A DNA stretch of 64,000 bases, from assembly GCA_003599345.1 (NCBI GenBank), contig QZJP01000009.1, positions 501 to 64,500 on the forward strand, in the 5' to 3' direction. Both the position numbers and the translations under genes were made by a program. Origin of the DNA: Bacillota bacterium. GTDB taxonomy: Bacteria; Bacillota; Sulfobacillia; UBA995; UBA9673. Under the pieces are notes generated by a model. The model saw nothing but the letters and a program-made list of their open reading frames with translations. It was not told the DNA's origin and made no database searches. How positions within the stretch are numbered: position 1 is the stretch's first letter; each line of letters starts with the position of its first letter. Of the stretch, positions 55,141-64,000 are shown piece by piece.

Positions 55141-56129
55141 GGCCCGATCTTGGAGTCGCGTTCGCCGGCCTCCGGATGAAGACACCGGTGATGACCGCGT
55201 CGGGGACGTTCGGCTACGGCCGTGAATACGCCGGCCTCGTCAACCTTTCGGCCATCGGTGCGATCGTGGTGAAGGGCGTCTCTCTCGAGCCTTGGGAGGG
55301 CAACCGGCCTCCGAGAATCATCGAGACGGCCTCGGGGATGCTGAACTCCATCGGGCTCGAGAACCCGGGGCTGGAGCGCTTCCTTGAGGCGGACTTGCCG
55401 TGGCTTGTCTCGTCCGGCGCTCCGGTGATAGTCAACGTCGTCGGTCGCACCCCCACCGAGTACCGCGAGGTCGCCAGGGCTCTCGACGGCGCCCCGGGAG
55501 TAGCAGCCCTGGAAGCCAACATCTCCTGCCCCAACGTCGAAGAGGGCGGCCTGGCCTTCGGGGCCGACCCCGAGGCCGCCTACGGTCTCGTGGCCGCGAT
55601 GCGGGAGGCGACGTCCCTCCCGCTCATCGTCAAGCTGACCCCCAACGTGACCGACGTGGCCGGCCTTGCCAAGCGGGTCGTGGACGCCGGCGCCGACGCC
55701 GTATCCCTGATCAACACGCTGGTGGGCATGGCCATAGACGTGGAGAGCGGTCGGGCCGTCCTGGCCCGCGGCACAGGTGGCCTGTCAGGCCCCGCGGTCA
55801 AACCCGTTGCCCTGGCCATGGTCTATCGTGTCGCGGCCGCCGTCAGCGTGCCGGTCATAGGGATGGGGGGCATATGGACAGGCCGGGACGCGGTCGAGTT
55901 TCTCATGGCTGGCGCGTCGGCGGTGGCCGTGGGGACGGCCACGTTCGTCGACCCTTCGGCCCCTGTGCGAATCGCCGGCGAGATCGCGGAGTTCTTGGCC
56001 CGACGGGGCTACGGGTGGGTGGGCGACCTTGTCGGCGTCGCCAACCCGGGTTTCCGAGCCGGCCGGCCTTCGCGGCTGGCCGACGAGGACCCCGTACGGA
56101 ACAATCAGGGAGGCACGCTCGATGACTGA
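55137..56129 (+). CDS. pyrD: Dihydroorotate dehydrogenase B catalytic subunit PyrD
   Basis: ..PVMTASGTFGYG.., ..NSIGLENPG.., ..NISCPN.., ..GGLSGPAVKP.. Confidence 0.95.
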   Translation: MRPDLGVAFAGLRMKTPVMTASGTFGYGREYAGLVNLSAIGAIVVKGVSLEPWEGNRPPRIIETASGMLNSIGLENPGLERFLEADLPWLVSSGAPVIVNVVGRTPTEYREVARALDGAPGVAALEANISCPNVEEGGLAFGADPEAAYGLVAAMREATSLPLIVKLTPNVTDVAGLAKRVVDAGADAVSLINTLVGMAIDVESGRAVLARGTGGLSGPAVKPVALAMVYRVAAAVSVPVIGMGGIWTGRDAVEFLMAGASAVAVGTATFVDPSAPVRIAGEIAEFLARRGYGWVGDLVGVANPGFRAGRPSRLADEDPVRNNQGGTLDD

Positions 56130-56862
56130 GGTCCCGCCAGTCATAGTCGCTCTGGACTACCCGGAGAAGTCCCCCGCTCTGAAACTGGCCGCCAGGCTTG
56201 CCGGCCGGGTGGCCTACTTGAAGGTCGGGCTCGAGCTCTACACCGCCGAAGGCCCGTCGGTCATCGGCGAGCTAGCACAGGCGGGCCACCGGGTGTTCGC
56301 CGACTTGAAGCTCCACGACATACCGAACACGGTGTCCCGGGCGGCGAAGGCCGTGAGGCGCGCCGGGGCGAGCATGCTGACGGTCCACGCCTCGGGAGGG
56401 ACGGGGATGATGCGCGCCGCGTGGGACGGGGCGGGCCCGGAGGTGAGCGTCCTGGGAGTCACGGTCCTCACCAGCCTCGGCCAGGCCGACCTCGCGGGGA
56501 CGGGAGTCGCGGGGCACGTGATTGACCAGGTCCTTCGCCTGGCCGCGCTCGCCTCTGAGGCCGGCTTGTCGGGCGTTGTCGCCTCGCCTCGTGAAGCCGC
56601 GCGGCTCAGGGCCGTCCACAAGCCGCCTTTCCTCGTCGTTACTCCCGGGGTGCGGCCGGCGTGGGACCCGGCCCCCGGCGACCAGGCCCGCGTATCATCG
56701 CCGCGCCAGGCCATCCTCTCGGGCGCCGACTTCGTGGTAGTGGGGCGTCCGGTGACCGGGGCGGCCGACCCCGTGGAAGCGGTCGAACGCATCGGCGAGG
56801 AGACTCTCGCCGCCCTCAGGGAACGCGGCCGCCCCCGTCCCTTCGGCGAGAGGCTTGAGTGA
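56122..56862 (+). CDS. pyrF: Orotidine 5'-phosphate decarboxylase PyrF
   Basis: ATG 56122 overlaps the pyrD stop. ..VIVALDYP.., ..FADLKLHDIPNT.., ..VVVGRPV.. Confidence 0.9.
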   Translation: MTEVPPVIVALDYPEKSPALKLAARLAGRVAYLKVGLELYTAEGPSVIGELAQAGHRVFADLKLHDIPNTVSRAAKAVRRAGASMLTVHASGGTGMMRAAWDGAGPEVSVLGVTVLTSLGQADLAGTGVAGHVIDQVLRLAALASEAGLSGVVASPREAARLRAVHKPPFLVVTPGVRPAWDPAPGDQARVSSPRQAILSGADFVVVGRPVTGAADPVEAVERIGEETLAALRERGRPRPFGERLE

Positions 56863-57497
56863 CGAGAGAAGAGGAGATGTTTCGGGTGAGTGCGAGGAGA
56901 CTACACGGCGAGAAGCTGCTCGAGAGACTGCGCGAGGTGGGCGCGGTCCTGGACGGCCACTTCCTCCTGACCTCGGGCAAACACAGCCCGGTCTTCATCC
57001 AGTGTTCCCAGGCCCTGCAGTACCCCGCGGACGCGGAGCGTATCGCCAAGACCCTGGCGGCGAGATTCGCCGCGCTGGAGCCGACGGTCGTGGCCGGGCC
57101 GGCCATGGGCGGCGTGATTCTCGCCCACGAGGTGGCTCGAGCTCTGGGGGTCAGGAGCTCGTTCACTGAGAAGCAGAACGGGTCACAGGTCTTCCGGCGC
57201 GGGTTCCGGCTGACCGATGAGGACAGGGTCCTCTTGGTCGAGGATGTCCTCACGACCGGGGGGTCCGTGTTGCGTTCGGCGGCGGCCGTCAAAGCCGCCG
57301 GGGCCGCTATCGTCGGCGTGGGTCTCATCATCGACAGGACGGCCGGAAAGGCCGCCGAGGCTCTGGGTCTGGGTCCGGGCGTCGAGGTCCGGGCGCTCGC
57401 CTTCATGGACGCGCCCGGGTATCCCCCCGACCAGTGCCCCATGTGCAGGGACGGGGTGCCGCTCGTAAGACCGAAGGAGCAGGACCCGGTCGGCTAG
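56859..57497 (+). CDS. pyrE: Orotate phosphoribosyltransferase PyrE
   Basis: ..GHFLLTSGKHS.. and PRPP motif ..VLLVEDVLTTGGS.. Confidence 0.9.
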   Translation: MTREEEMFRVSARRLHGEKLLERLREVGAVLDGHFLLTSGKHSPVFIQCSQALQYPADAERIAKTLAARFAALEPTVVAGPAMGGVILAHEVARALGVRSSFTEKQNGSQVFRRGFRLTDEDRVLLVEDVLTTGGSVLRSAAAVKAAGAAIVGVGLIIDRTAGKAAEALGLGPGVEVRALAFMDAPGYPPDQCPMCRDGVPLVRPKEQDPVG

Positions 57498-59481
57498 GCG
57501 GGAAGCCGTCCGGCGGAACGCCACAGGCCGAGGACGCCGCCGGGCTCTTCTCCGCCGGCGCGCCGGCCAGGGATAACCAGGCTTCGATGACCGCGCGGGC
57601 CACGGGCGCCGCCGTCCGGCTGCCACTTCCGCCCTGCTCCACTACCACCGCGACGACTATGCCGGGGTCATCGTACGGAGCCCAGCCGACGAACCAAGCG
57701 TCGTCGGCGAGCCCCAGTTCCTTCCCGTGCTCGGCTGTTCCGGTCTTGCCGGCGACGTCGACGCCCCATCGGGCCCTGAACTCCGGGCCGAAGACGTGCG
57801 CGGCGGTGCCGGCGTACCGGCCGCCCGGGTCCATGGCCACTCGCAGCATGCCCTCGCGGACCGCCCTCAGGGTGGGTTCGGACAACTGGACCACCCCGGC
57901 CGCCTCCGGGTGGGCCCGGGCCACAACGAACCCGTTCTCGTCCAGCACGGCGTCGACGACGTAGGGCCGCCACCGTGTCCCACCGTTGGCCAGGGCCGCG
58001 GTGAGGACGGCCATCTGAAGCGGTGTCACGGTGTGGCCCCCCTGGCCGATAGCCGCGTCCATGACCTCTGCCGGCCAGTAGGTCGGGTCGTCCGGGAAGG
58101 AGGCCGCCTTCCACGCCCGTCCCGGGACAGTCCCTCCGGGCTCTCCGCCGGTGGCGGGTCCGGTGACGGTCGGCCCGAAGCCGGCGTGAGCCTCGCAGAG
58201 GTCGAGTCCTGACGGCTCGCCGAGACCGAACTCCCTCGCCCACCGCTCGAGCCCGTCGACGCCGAGCCTGAGACCGACCTCGTAGAAGAATACGTTGCAC
58301 GACCAGGCCAGGGCGTCTTGGAGCCGGACTTGGCCGTGGCCGCCCCGGAGCCAGCATTTCTTCCTTCCGACGGAGTGGAGCCCCGGGTCCGGGACGGCCT
58401 CGTCCTCGCGGACCACCACCTCCTCCAGGGCGGCGCACGCCGTTACAAGCTTGAACGTCGAGCCGGGAGCGTACAGCCCGAGCGTGGCCCTGTTGAGAAG
58501 AGGGGTAAGGGGATGCCCCACCAGGGTGGCGGCCGGTACCGCCGCGGCCCCGCCGGTGAAAGCGGCGGGGTCGAACGACGGGCGGCTCACCAAGGCCAGA
58601 ACAGCGCCGGTGGAGGGGTCGAGGGCCACCAGGGCCGCTCCCGGCGCCGCCCACAGGCCCCCCGAATCCCGCCTCGCCCTGAACATGGCCTCTCCGAGAT
58701 GATAGAAGGCCACGTCTTGGAGCCTGGAGTCGACCGTCAGTTGAACGTCGCTTCCCGGCCGCCCCCGCTTCGTCGCCACCAGTCTTGTCGCCTTGCCCGT
58801 CGCGTCCACCTCGTAGACAGCGGCCATGGGTTCGCCTCGGAGAAGCCAATCACAAACCGCCTCGACGCCCCCTAGGCCGCGGATGTCCCCTGGGGCGTAG
58901 AGGTGCGGATAGGCGTCGAGGTCGGCCCGGCTTACCTCGCCCGTGTACCCGATGAGGTGCGCGGCGGCGGGGCCGAGCGGGTAGTCGCGGACGGGCTCCA
59001 CGCCCAGGCTCACCTCGGGCAGTTCGAGCGCGGTCTCGGCCAGCCGCGTGTAGGTGACGGGGTCGACGTCGCGGGCGACGATGACCGGGGCGTAGTGGCG
59101 GCCCAGGGAACGCTCGACTTCCGCCCTGATCCGCCACGCCGGTACCCCGGTGGCCCGGGCCAGAACACCGAGGCGGCGTTCGAAGCGGTCCCGGTCCTGG
59201 CACGTCACGGCCACGGTCAGCGCGGGCCGGCTTGTCGCCAGGACCACCCCTTTCCTGTCGAGAATGCGGCCGCGTGAGACTGGTTGGTGGACCTCTCGGT
59301 AGGCGTTCGCGTCGGCCTCGGCGGCGAACTCGGACCAGCGCACCAGCTGGAGCCAGGACAAGCGGAGCGCGAGAAGCGAGAAACAGATCCCCACACAGAG
59401 AAGGAAGGTCTTGAGCCGCGCCGCGGCCAGGCCCGGACCTTCACCCCGGCGGTCCCCGGGCCGCTCCAAAGCAGACTTCAC
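57403..59481 (-). CDS. mrdA: Class B penicillin-binding protein (PBP2/MrdA-type transpeptidase)
   Basis: 692 aa, GTG start. TM FLLCVGICFSLLAL. SxxK GSTFKL, SxN SCN, KTG GKTGTAE. The low-complexity C-terminal tail overlaps the pyrE 3' end. Confidence 0.85.
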   Translation of the reverse strand: MKSALERPGDRRGEGPGLAAARLKTFLLCVGICFSLLALRLSWLQLVRWSEFAAEADANAYREVHQPVSRGRILDRKGVVLATSRPALTVAVTCQDRDRFERRLGVLARATGVPAWRIRAEVERSLGRHYAPVIVARDVDPVTYTRLAETALELPEVSLGVEPVRDYPLGPAAAHLIGYTGEVSRADLDAYPHLYAPGDIRGLGGVEAVCDWLLRGEPMAAVYEVDATGKATRLVATKRGRPGSDVQLTVDSRLQDVAFYHLGEAMFRARRDSGGLWAAPGAALVALDPSTGAVLALVSRPSFDPAAFTGGAAAVPAATLVGHPLTPLLNRATLGLYAPGSTFKLVTACAALEEVVVREDEAVPDPGLHSVGRKKCWLRGGHGQVRLQDALAWSCNVFFYEVGLRLGVDGLERWAREFGLGEPSGLDLCEAHAGFGPTVTGPATGGEPGGTVPGRAWKAASFPDDPTYWPAEVMDAAIGQGGHTVTPLQMAVLTAALANGGTRWRPYVVDAVLDENGFVVARAHPEAAGVVQLSEPTLRAVREGMLRVAMDPGGRYAGTAAHVFGPEFRARWGVDVAGKTGTAEHGKELGLADDAWFVGWAPYDDPGIVVAVVVEQGGSGSRTAAPVARAVIEAWLSLAGAPAEKSPAASSACGVPPDGFPPSRPGPAPSVLRAAPRPCTWGTGRGDTRARP

Positions 59482-59485
59482 CTCG

Positions 59486-59523
59486 CTTCCGGCGGGTGTG
59501 ACCGGCGGTGGTCCCGCCGGAAG
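59486..59523. promoter_or_regulatory. Perfect 11-bp-stem hairpin / inverted repeat in divergent intergenic region
   Basis: CTTCCGGCGGG (59486-59496) and CCCGCCGGAAG (59513-59523) with a 16-nt loop. Sits 5 nt upstream of the mrdA start codon, followed by the AT-rich AATACATATTC. Confidence 0.45.
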
Positions 59524-59607
59524 AATACATATTCGGCTTCGAGGCGAAGATGGTCCGTGGGGCCGGCATCAGGACCGCGTCATCCGGCAGGAGCGCGGCG
59601 CTGAAGG

Positions 59608-60432
59608 ATGAAATTGGGGGCCATGAACCAGAGAGTGCTCGTCGTCGACGACGAGGCCCACATCCGCGAGCTCATCTGTCTCTACCTGGGGCAGGCAGGG
59701 TTCGAGACCTTGGAGGCGGAGAACGGGCGGACGGCCTTGGAGATGTTCAGGTCCGAGAATCCGAGCCTCATCGTTCTCGATTTGATGCTTCCCGAACGGG
59801 ACGGGTGGGAGGTGTGCCGGGAGGTCCGGGCGACCGGCGACACCCCGATCATCATGCTGACGGCGAGGGACGCCGAGACCGAGAAGCTGCTCGGCTTCGC
59901 CCTGGGGGCCGACGACTACGTGACCAAGCCGTTTCAGCCCCGGGAGTTGGTCGCGCGCGTTCGGGCCGTCCTGAAACGCTCCGGGCGCCCCTCGGCCGAG
60001 GCCCGGCCCGACCCCGGGACAACCGCCGGGACTGTTGCGGCCGGCGGGTCGGGACCAACCGCCACGGGCGGGGGGGAAGCCGGAGAGCCCCACCGGCTGG
60101 CCCCCATCCTCGACTTCGGCACGTTCCGGCTGAACCGCCTGAGCCGCGAACTGGAAGTCAGGGGCAAGCCGACCCCTTGTCCGGCCAAGGAGTTCGACCT
60201 GCTTTGGCTACTCGCGAGCCACCCCGACCGGGTCTTCGGCCGCGAGGAACTCCTCGAACGCGTCTGGGGCTATCAGTACTTCGGCGATCTGAGGACCGTC
60301 GACGTTCATGTGCGGAGAGTCCGGCAGAAGATAGAGCCCCGCCCGGATGAGCCGCGGTTCATCCTCACCGTGTGGGGAATCGGCTACAAGTTCAAGGCCG
60401 CCGCCCCGGACCTCGACGAGGAGCGCCCTTGA
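59608..60432 (+). CDS. OmpR-family response regulator with expanded inter-domain linker
   Basis: Receiver domain (VVDDE.., ..LDLMLP.., ..TKPF..) and winged-helix domain (..LTVWGIGYKF). The start may be ATG 59623. Confidence 0.9.
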   Translation: MKLGAMNQRVLVVDDEAHIRELICLYLGQAGFETLEAENGRTALEMFRSENPSLIVLDLMLPERDGWEVCREVRATGDTPIIMLTARDAETEKLLGFALGADDYVTKPFQPRELVARVRAVLKRSGRPSAEARPDPGTTAGTVAAGGSGPTATGGGEAGEPHRLAPILDFGTFRLNRLSRELEVRGKPTPCPAKEFDLLWLLASHPDRVFGREELLERVWGYQYFGDLRTVDVHVRRVRQKIEPRPDEPRFILTVWGIGYKFKAAAPDLDEERP

Positions 60433-61955
60433 TGGGCCTTCGGGGCAAGCTTTTCGCCAGCCACTTCCTCCTCACGCTCGCCGTCGTCCTTCTCATAGGC
60501 CTGGTGACGCTCGGTCGCGTGCGGGGCTTCATCATTCAGTCCGCGAGAGTGACCCTGGAAGGTCAGGCCCGGCAAGTGAGTCAGGCCGCGGGCCGGGCGT
60601 TCTTCCTCGCGGACGAGCGGCAATCGACCGCCTTCGGGGGTGGGCTGGCCTCAGCGGGTCTGGCGCGACTCGTCAGCCAGCTGGCTGCCGCCGACTTCCT
60701 GGTGGTCGACGCCGGCGGACGCATACTGGTGGGGTCGGACCGGCTTGGCCTGCTTGTCGGGGTCGTACTGGAGGACGGCATCGTCAACCGGGCCCTTCGG
60801 GAGGGTGAGACGGTGTCGGACACCAAGCGCGACCAACTCGGACGCCTATCAGTCATTGCCGTCGCTCCGGTCATGGGTCCCCAGGAAGCGGTCGTCGGAG
60901 CCGTCGCGCTGGTGAGGCCGGTGAGAGAAGTCACCCAGGCGACCCAGCGTTTCTTCGTCCTGGTGGTCCAGGGGCTTCTTCTGGGTGTAGGCCTGTCTTT
61001 GGCCCTGAGCGTGTTCCTGGCCAGGGGGTTGACCCGCTCGCTGACGGCTCTTGAAGCAGCCACATCGAAGATCGCCTCGGGTGACTTCGACCACAGAGTC
61101 CCGGTCGAAGACGACGATGAGATCGGGAGAGTCGCGCACGCCTTCAACACCATGACTCAGAGACTGGGTGACCTTGAGCGGGAGCGGCAGGACTTGTACG
61201 CCAGCGTATCCCACGAGTTGAGGACGCCTGTCACCTCCATCAAGGGGTTCGCGCAGGCTCTCCAGGACAACGTCGGCGGGCCCGAGGAACGACACCGCCA
61301 CACGAGCATCATCCTTGAAGAGGCCTCACGCCTGGAGCGTCTGGTGGCAGACCTGTTCCAACTGGCGCGGCTAGAGACGGGCCAGGTCGATTTCGAGTGG
61401 CGGACCTTGGACCTCGCGGCTTTGGTTGCCGGGACCGCCGCCAAGCACCGGCCGAGAGCCCAGGAGCGAGGCATCGAACTCGTCCTCGAACCTTGTAGCG
61501 ATGAGGCGGGGGAGCTTCCCGTCCGCGGGGACCCCGACCGGCTGGCCCAGGTCTTGACCAACCTCGTGGACAACGCGCTTCGATTCACGCCGGCAGCAGG
61601 ACGGATCACGGTCGGGGCCCGTCGGGCCGGGCCCTCTGACATGCCCGGAGGCCCGCCGGCGGTGCCCGCCGCCCGTCCCGAGGCTCGGGAGATGGCCCTC
61701 GTGACCGTCGGCGACACCGGCCCCGGCATCCCGGAAGACGACCTCGACCGGGTCTTCGAACGGTTCTACACGGTAGACCGCTCCAGGGCTCGGGAGAGGG
61801 GCGGCACGGGGCTCGGCCTCGCCATAGCGCGTGAGATTGTCGAGGCTCACGGTGGCAGGATCTGGGCCTCCCGTGGGTCCGGGGGCGGAGCCCTGGTCGC
61901 GTTCACCGTCCCGATAGAGCATAGCCGGCAAGACGTCGGGGGAGGGCATCAGTGA
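60432..61955 (+). CDS. Sensor histidine kinase (2 TM, HAMP, HisKA, HATPase_c)
   Basis: ATG overlaps the RR stop (TGATG). HAMP ..SGDFDHRVPVEDDDEIGRVAHAFNTM.., H-box SHELRTP, N/G boxes ..NLVDNALRF.., DTGPGIP, GGTGLGLAI. Confidence 0.9.
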   Translation: MGLRGKLFASHFLLTLAVVLLIGLVTLGRVRGFIIQSARVTLEGQARQVSQAAGRAFFLADERQSTAFGGGLASAGLARLVSQLAAADFLVVDAGGRILVGSDRLGLLVGVVLEDGIVNRALREGETVSDTKRDQLGRLSVIAVAPVMGPQEAVVGAVALVRPVREVTQATQRFFVLVVQGLLLGVGLSLALSVFLARGLTRSLTALEAATSKIASGDFDHRVPVEDDDEIGRVAHAFNTMTQRLGDLERERQDLYASVSHELRTPVTSIKGFAQALQDNVGGPEERHRHTSIILEEASRLERLVADLFQLARLETGQVDFEWRTLDLAALVAGTAAKHRPRAQERGIELVLEPCSDEAGELPVRGDPDRLAQVLTNLVDNALRFTPAAGRITVGARRAGPSDMPGGPPAVPAARPEAREMALVTVGDTGPGIPEDDLDRVFERFYTVDRSRARERGGTGLGLAIAREIVEAHGGRIWASRGSGGGALVAFTVPIEHSRQDVGGGHQ

Positions 61956-62827
61956 TGAGCACAGACGACAGGCCGGCCGGCTCTCCGGAAGGCCTGAGCC
62001 GGGCGGACCGCAGCGAGAAGCGGCGCCGCGGAACCACGAAGGTACGCGGTGCGGCCCTGCGGGCGGCCAAGCCCTCGCCGCTGCCGCCGCACCCCGAAGG
62101 ACTCAAACCCTCGATCTGGCCACCTCTGGCGTTGCTCGCCGCCATAGCTCTCGCGGGTTGGAGCCCGTTGGCCGCTTTCGTCGCCGTGGGCGTGGTCTTG
62201 GCCTACGCCGCCGCCACCCGGAACAATAGGAGGCAACACCTGCTCTACGCGTATATCCAGGGCCACAGGCAGTTTCGAGCCGGAGACTACGAGGCGGCCT
62301 TGGCTAACTTCGAGGATATGGAGAATGGGGGGTTCTCGCCGCCGGCCGTTGTCCGCGCCATCGGGCTGACGAACTACAACCTCGGCCGCTGGGCTGAGGC
62401 CGCCAGCTATCTGGAGGATGTCCCTGACCGTACGCCGGAGGAGAGCGGGGCCCTCGGCCACGCCCTTTTGGAACTCGGCGAGTTGCCCCAGGCGATAGAG
62501 GTCCTGGACGGTATCGAAGACCCACCCCCCGTGGTCAGGGTCACGAGAGCGGTGGCCGACTTGAAGGCGGGGCGACCCCGTGACGCCGCGCGGAAGCTCG
62601 AGGCCGTCCTCGACCAGGCGGGCGGCGGTCAGGCTCCGGCGGCCGAGCCCTACCTCGGGGCGAGGTACTGGCTCGGAACGGTCCTGCGCGACCTCGGCGA
62701 GGAAGAGCGGGGGACGAGACTCCTGGGCGAGTTGTACGACCTTGACCCGAGCTACCACGATGTGGCCGTCATCCTGGGGCGGCCGCTACCCGCCCGTGAG
62801 ACGGAGGAAGGTGACGGGAGCTCCTGA
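61952..62827 (+). CDS. Membrane-anchored TPR-repeat protein
   Basis: 291 aa. Overlaps the HK stop. Two hydrophobic helices, then TPR-like repeats (..GDYEAALANFEDM.., ..GRWAEAASYLEDV..). Confidence 0.6.
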   Translation: MMSTDDRPAGSPEGLSRADRSEKRRRGTTKVRGAALRAAKPSPLPPHPEGLKPSIWPPLALLAAIALAGWSPLAAFVAVGVVLAYAAATRNNRRQHLLYAYIQGHRQFRAGDYEAALANFEDMENGGFSPPAVVRAIGLTNYNLGRWAEAASYLEDVPDRTPEESGALGHALLELGELPQAIEVLDGIEDPPPVVRVTRAVADLKAGRPRDAARKLEAVLDQAGGGQAPAAEPYLGARYWLGTVLRDLGEEERGTRLLGELYDLDPSYHDVAVILGRPLPARETEEGDGSS

Positions 62828-62869
62828 GAAGACCCGCTCGTCCCGTCCCGGTCCTTACCGGTCGTCCGG

Positions 62870-63715
62870 CTAGATGGGGACGAACGTTGGGTGGCGGGCT
62901 CTGAACAGGGCTAGGCGGCGGAAGCCCGCCGCTCTGATGAAGTCGAGGGCCCTGGCGGACTCCTGCCCGACCGTCGCCGCCCTGTGCGAGTCGGACCCGA
63001 CGGTGACGATTTCCCCGCCCAGCTCGCGGAAGAGCCTGAGCGTCTCGAGGCCCGGGTAGGGCTCGCCGGGAGGCTGCCGGTACCCCGACGTGTTGACTTC
63101 CACGCCGAGACCCTCGCGAATGATGGTCACCAGTATCTCTCTGAGCAGTTCCCTGTGGTCACCCGCTCGGAAGACTCCGAACGTCGGCGACCTCTTGACG
63201 AGGTCAAGATGACCCAGAACGTCAAAGGCCCGCATTCGGACGGCTTCGCGGACCCCCGCGTAGAGACTCCCGAAGTACTCCCGAGACGCGGCCTGAGGAC
63301 CCAGGGGGTCGGTATACTCAGGAAGCTGGACCAGGACTCCGCGGATGCTGTGAAGTGAGCCGATCACGATGTCGAACCCGGGGTCATAGGTGTCGAGATA
63401 GGGACCCAAAGCCTTGAGGTTGTGGGGCTCTAGCCCCAGCTCCGCCCCGAGCCCCACGTCGAGCGTCCCCGCCCAGCGATCGCGGACGGCGGAAACGGCT
63501 TCTTGGTAAGCTCTTGCGTCGAGCACCCGGCCGGGGTGGTAGGCAGGCTCAGGCCAGTCGGGCGGAGGCGGGAACTCCAGGTGCTCCGTGAAGATGACGC
63601 CGCCGAGACCCCGCTCGGCGGCGTCAGCGACGCATTCCTCGGGCGTCGCCAGGCTATCCTCCGAGAAGCGCGTGTGGATGTGATAGTCAATCAGGGTCTT
63701 GCGACCGTGGCTCAC
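62870..63715 (-). CDS. PHP-domain phosphoesterase (histidinol-phosphatase HisJ family)
   Basis: From GTG at 63715: VSHGRKTLIDYHIHTRFSEDS.., ..GVIFTEHLEF.., ..GSLH.., ..HLD.., ..GSDSH.. PHP metal-binding motifs. The upstream 51 codons of the track ORF look non-coding. Confidence 0.8.
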   Translation of the reverse strand: MSHGRKTLIDYHIHTRFSEDSLATPEECVADAAERGLGGVIFTEHLEFPPPPDWPEPAYHPGRVLDARAYQEAVSAVRDRWAGTLDVGLGAELGLEPHNLKALGPYLDTYDPGFDIVIGSLHSIRGVLVQLPEYTDPLGPQAASREYFGSLYAGVREAVRMRAFDVLGHLDLVKRSPTFGVFRAGDHRELLREILVTIIREGLGVEVNTSGYRQPPGEPYPGLETLRLFRELGGEIVTVGSDSHRAATVGQESARALDFIRAAGFRRLALFRARHPTFVPI

Positions 63716-63731
63716 CGGGAGCGACCCGTCC

Positions 63732-64000
63732 TCACAGGCGGACCTTCCTGATAACGTATATCCCGCCGGCCCAGACCAGGGCGAGCAGGACGACGTAGAA
63801 GAGGACCCATTCGGTCTCGACCTCCCGCAGGAGACGGATGGACACGGCCTGGAGTGCCTGAGCGCCAAGCTGGTAGGCAGTGCAGTAGGTGAGTGACCCG
63901 ACGAAGAGTGCCGGCAGGACCTTCCAGGGCTTGACGTGGGCCATGCCGGTGCCGAGGAGGGCCGCCGGCCGGAGAACCCCCAGCCATCTCGAGGCGAGGG
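63732..64000 (-). CDS. DedA/VTT-domain membrane protein, C-terminal part (partial, runs off window)
   Basis: The frame stays open to the window edge: ..ASRWLGVLRPAALLGTGMAHVKPWKVLPALFVGSLTYCTAYQLG.., a DedA-like C-terminal pattern. Terminal hydrophobic helix. Confidence 0.5.
   Translation of the reverse strand, partial: LASRWLGVLRPAALLGTGMAHVKPWKVLPALFVGSLTYCTAYQLGAQALQAVSIRLLREVETEWVLFYVVLLALVWAGGIYVIRKVRL

Overview
This is a very GC-rich (about 70% by eye) 64-kb chromosomal segment from an endospore-forming, Firmicute-like bacterium. The lineage guess (Symbiobacterium/Thermaerobacter/Limnochorda-like) is inference from sporulation genes plus extreme GC. Nearly everything is on the + strand and syntenic with the Bacillus subtilis division/sporulation/pyrimidine region. 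Gene order: ASCH protein, 5-formyl-THF cyclo-ligase, M20 peptidase, HAD hydrolase, two tandem alpha/beta-type SASP genes, an orphan minus-strand gene and a DMT transporter. Next comes the dcw cluster (mraZ-rsmH-ftsL-PBP2B-murE-murF-mraY-ftsW-murG-murC-murA-divIB-ftsA-ftsZ; no murD or murB), followed by spoIIGA-sigE. A 4.2-kb accessory block then interrupts the sigE-sigG junction. After it come sigG-spoIIR, ylmC, nrdR-nrdJ (nrdJ carries a 474-aa LAGLIDADG intein), a His-rich membrane protein and abfD. The ylm cluster follows (pgeF, HlyD-like, yggS, yggT, divIVA, DUF167), then a FemAB-family gene, DUF5665 and a yteA-like DksA protein. The segment ends with lspA-rluD, a small three-gene island, the PyrR-attenuated pyrR-B-C-K-D-F-E operon (no carAB), a convergent mrdA-type PBP, an OmpR/HK pair, a TPR protein, a PHP phosphatase and a partial DedA gene. 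I saw no rRNA, tRNA, CRISPR array, transposase or integrase. The best candidate for something undescribed is the block between sigE and sigG. It holds a TIGR04076-like/polyferredoxin fusion, then divergently an ECF sigma, a soluble ZAS anti-sigma, a polytopic membrane protein with a degenerate signal-peptidase-I domain, and a membrane-anchored zinc-ribbon protein. Other points worth a look are the mraZ operator (three GTGGG boxes at 10-bp phasing overlapping the start codon), a SASP with a glycine-rich tail, two orphan genes (4321-5190 and 49477-50520) and GC-shifted PyrR binding loops. All family calls rest on motifs read by eye; no database search was run.
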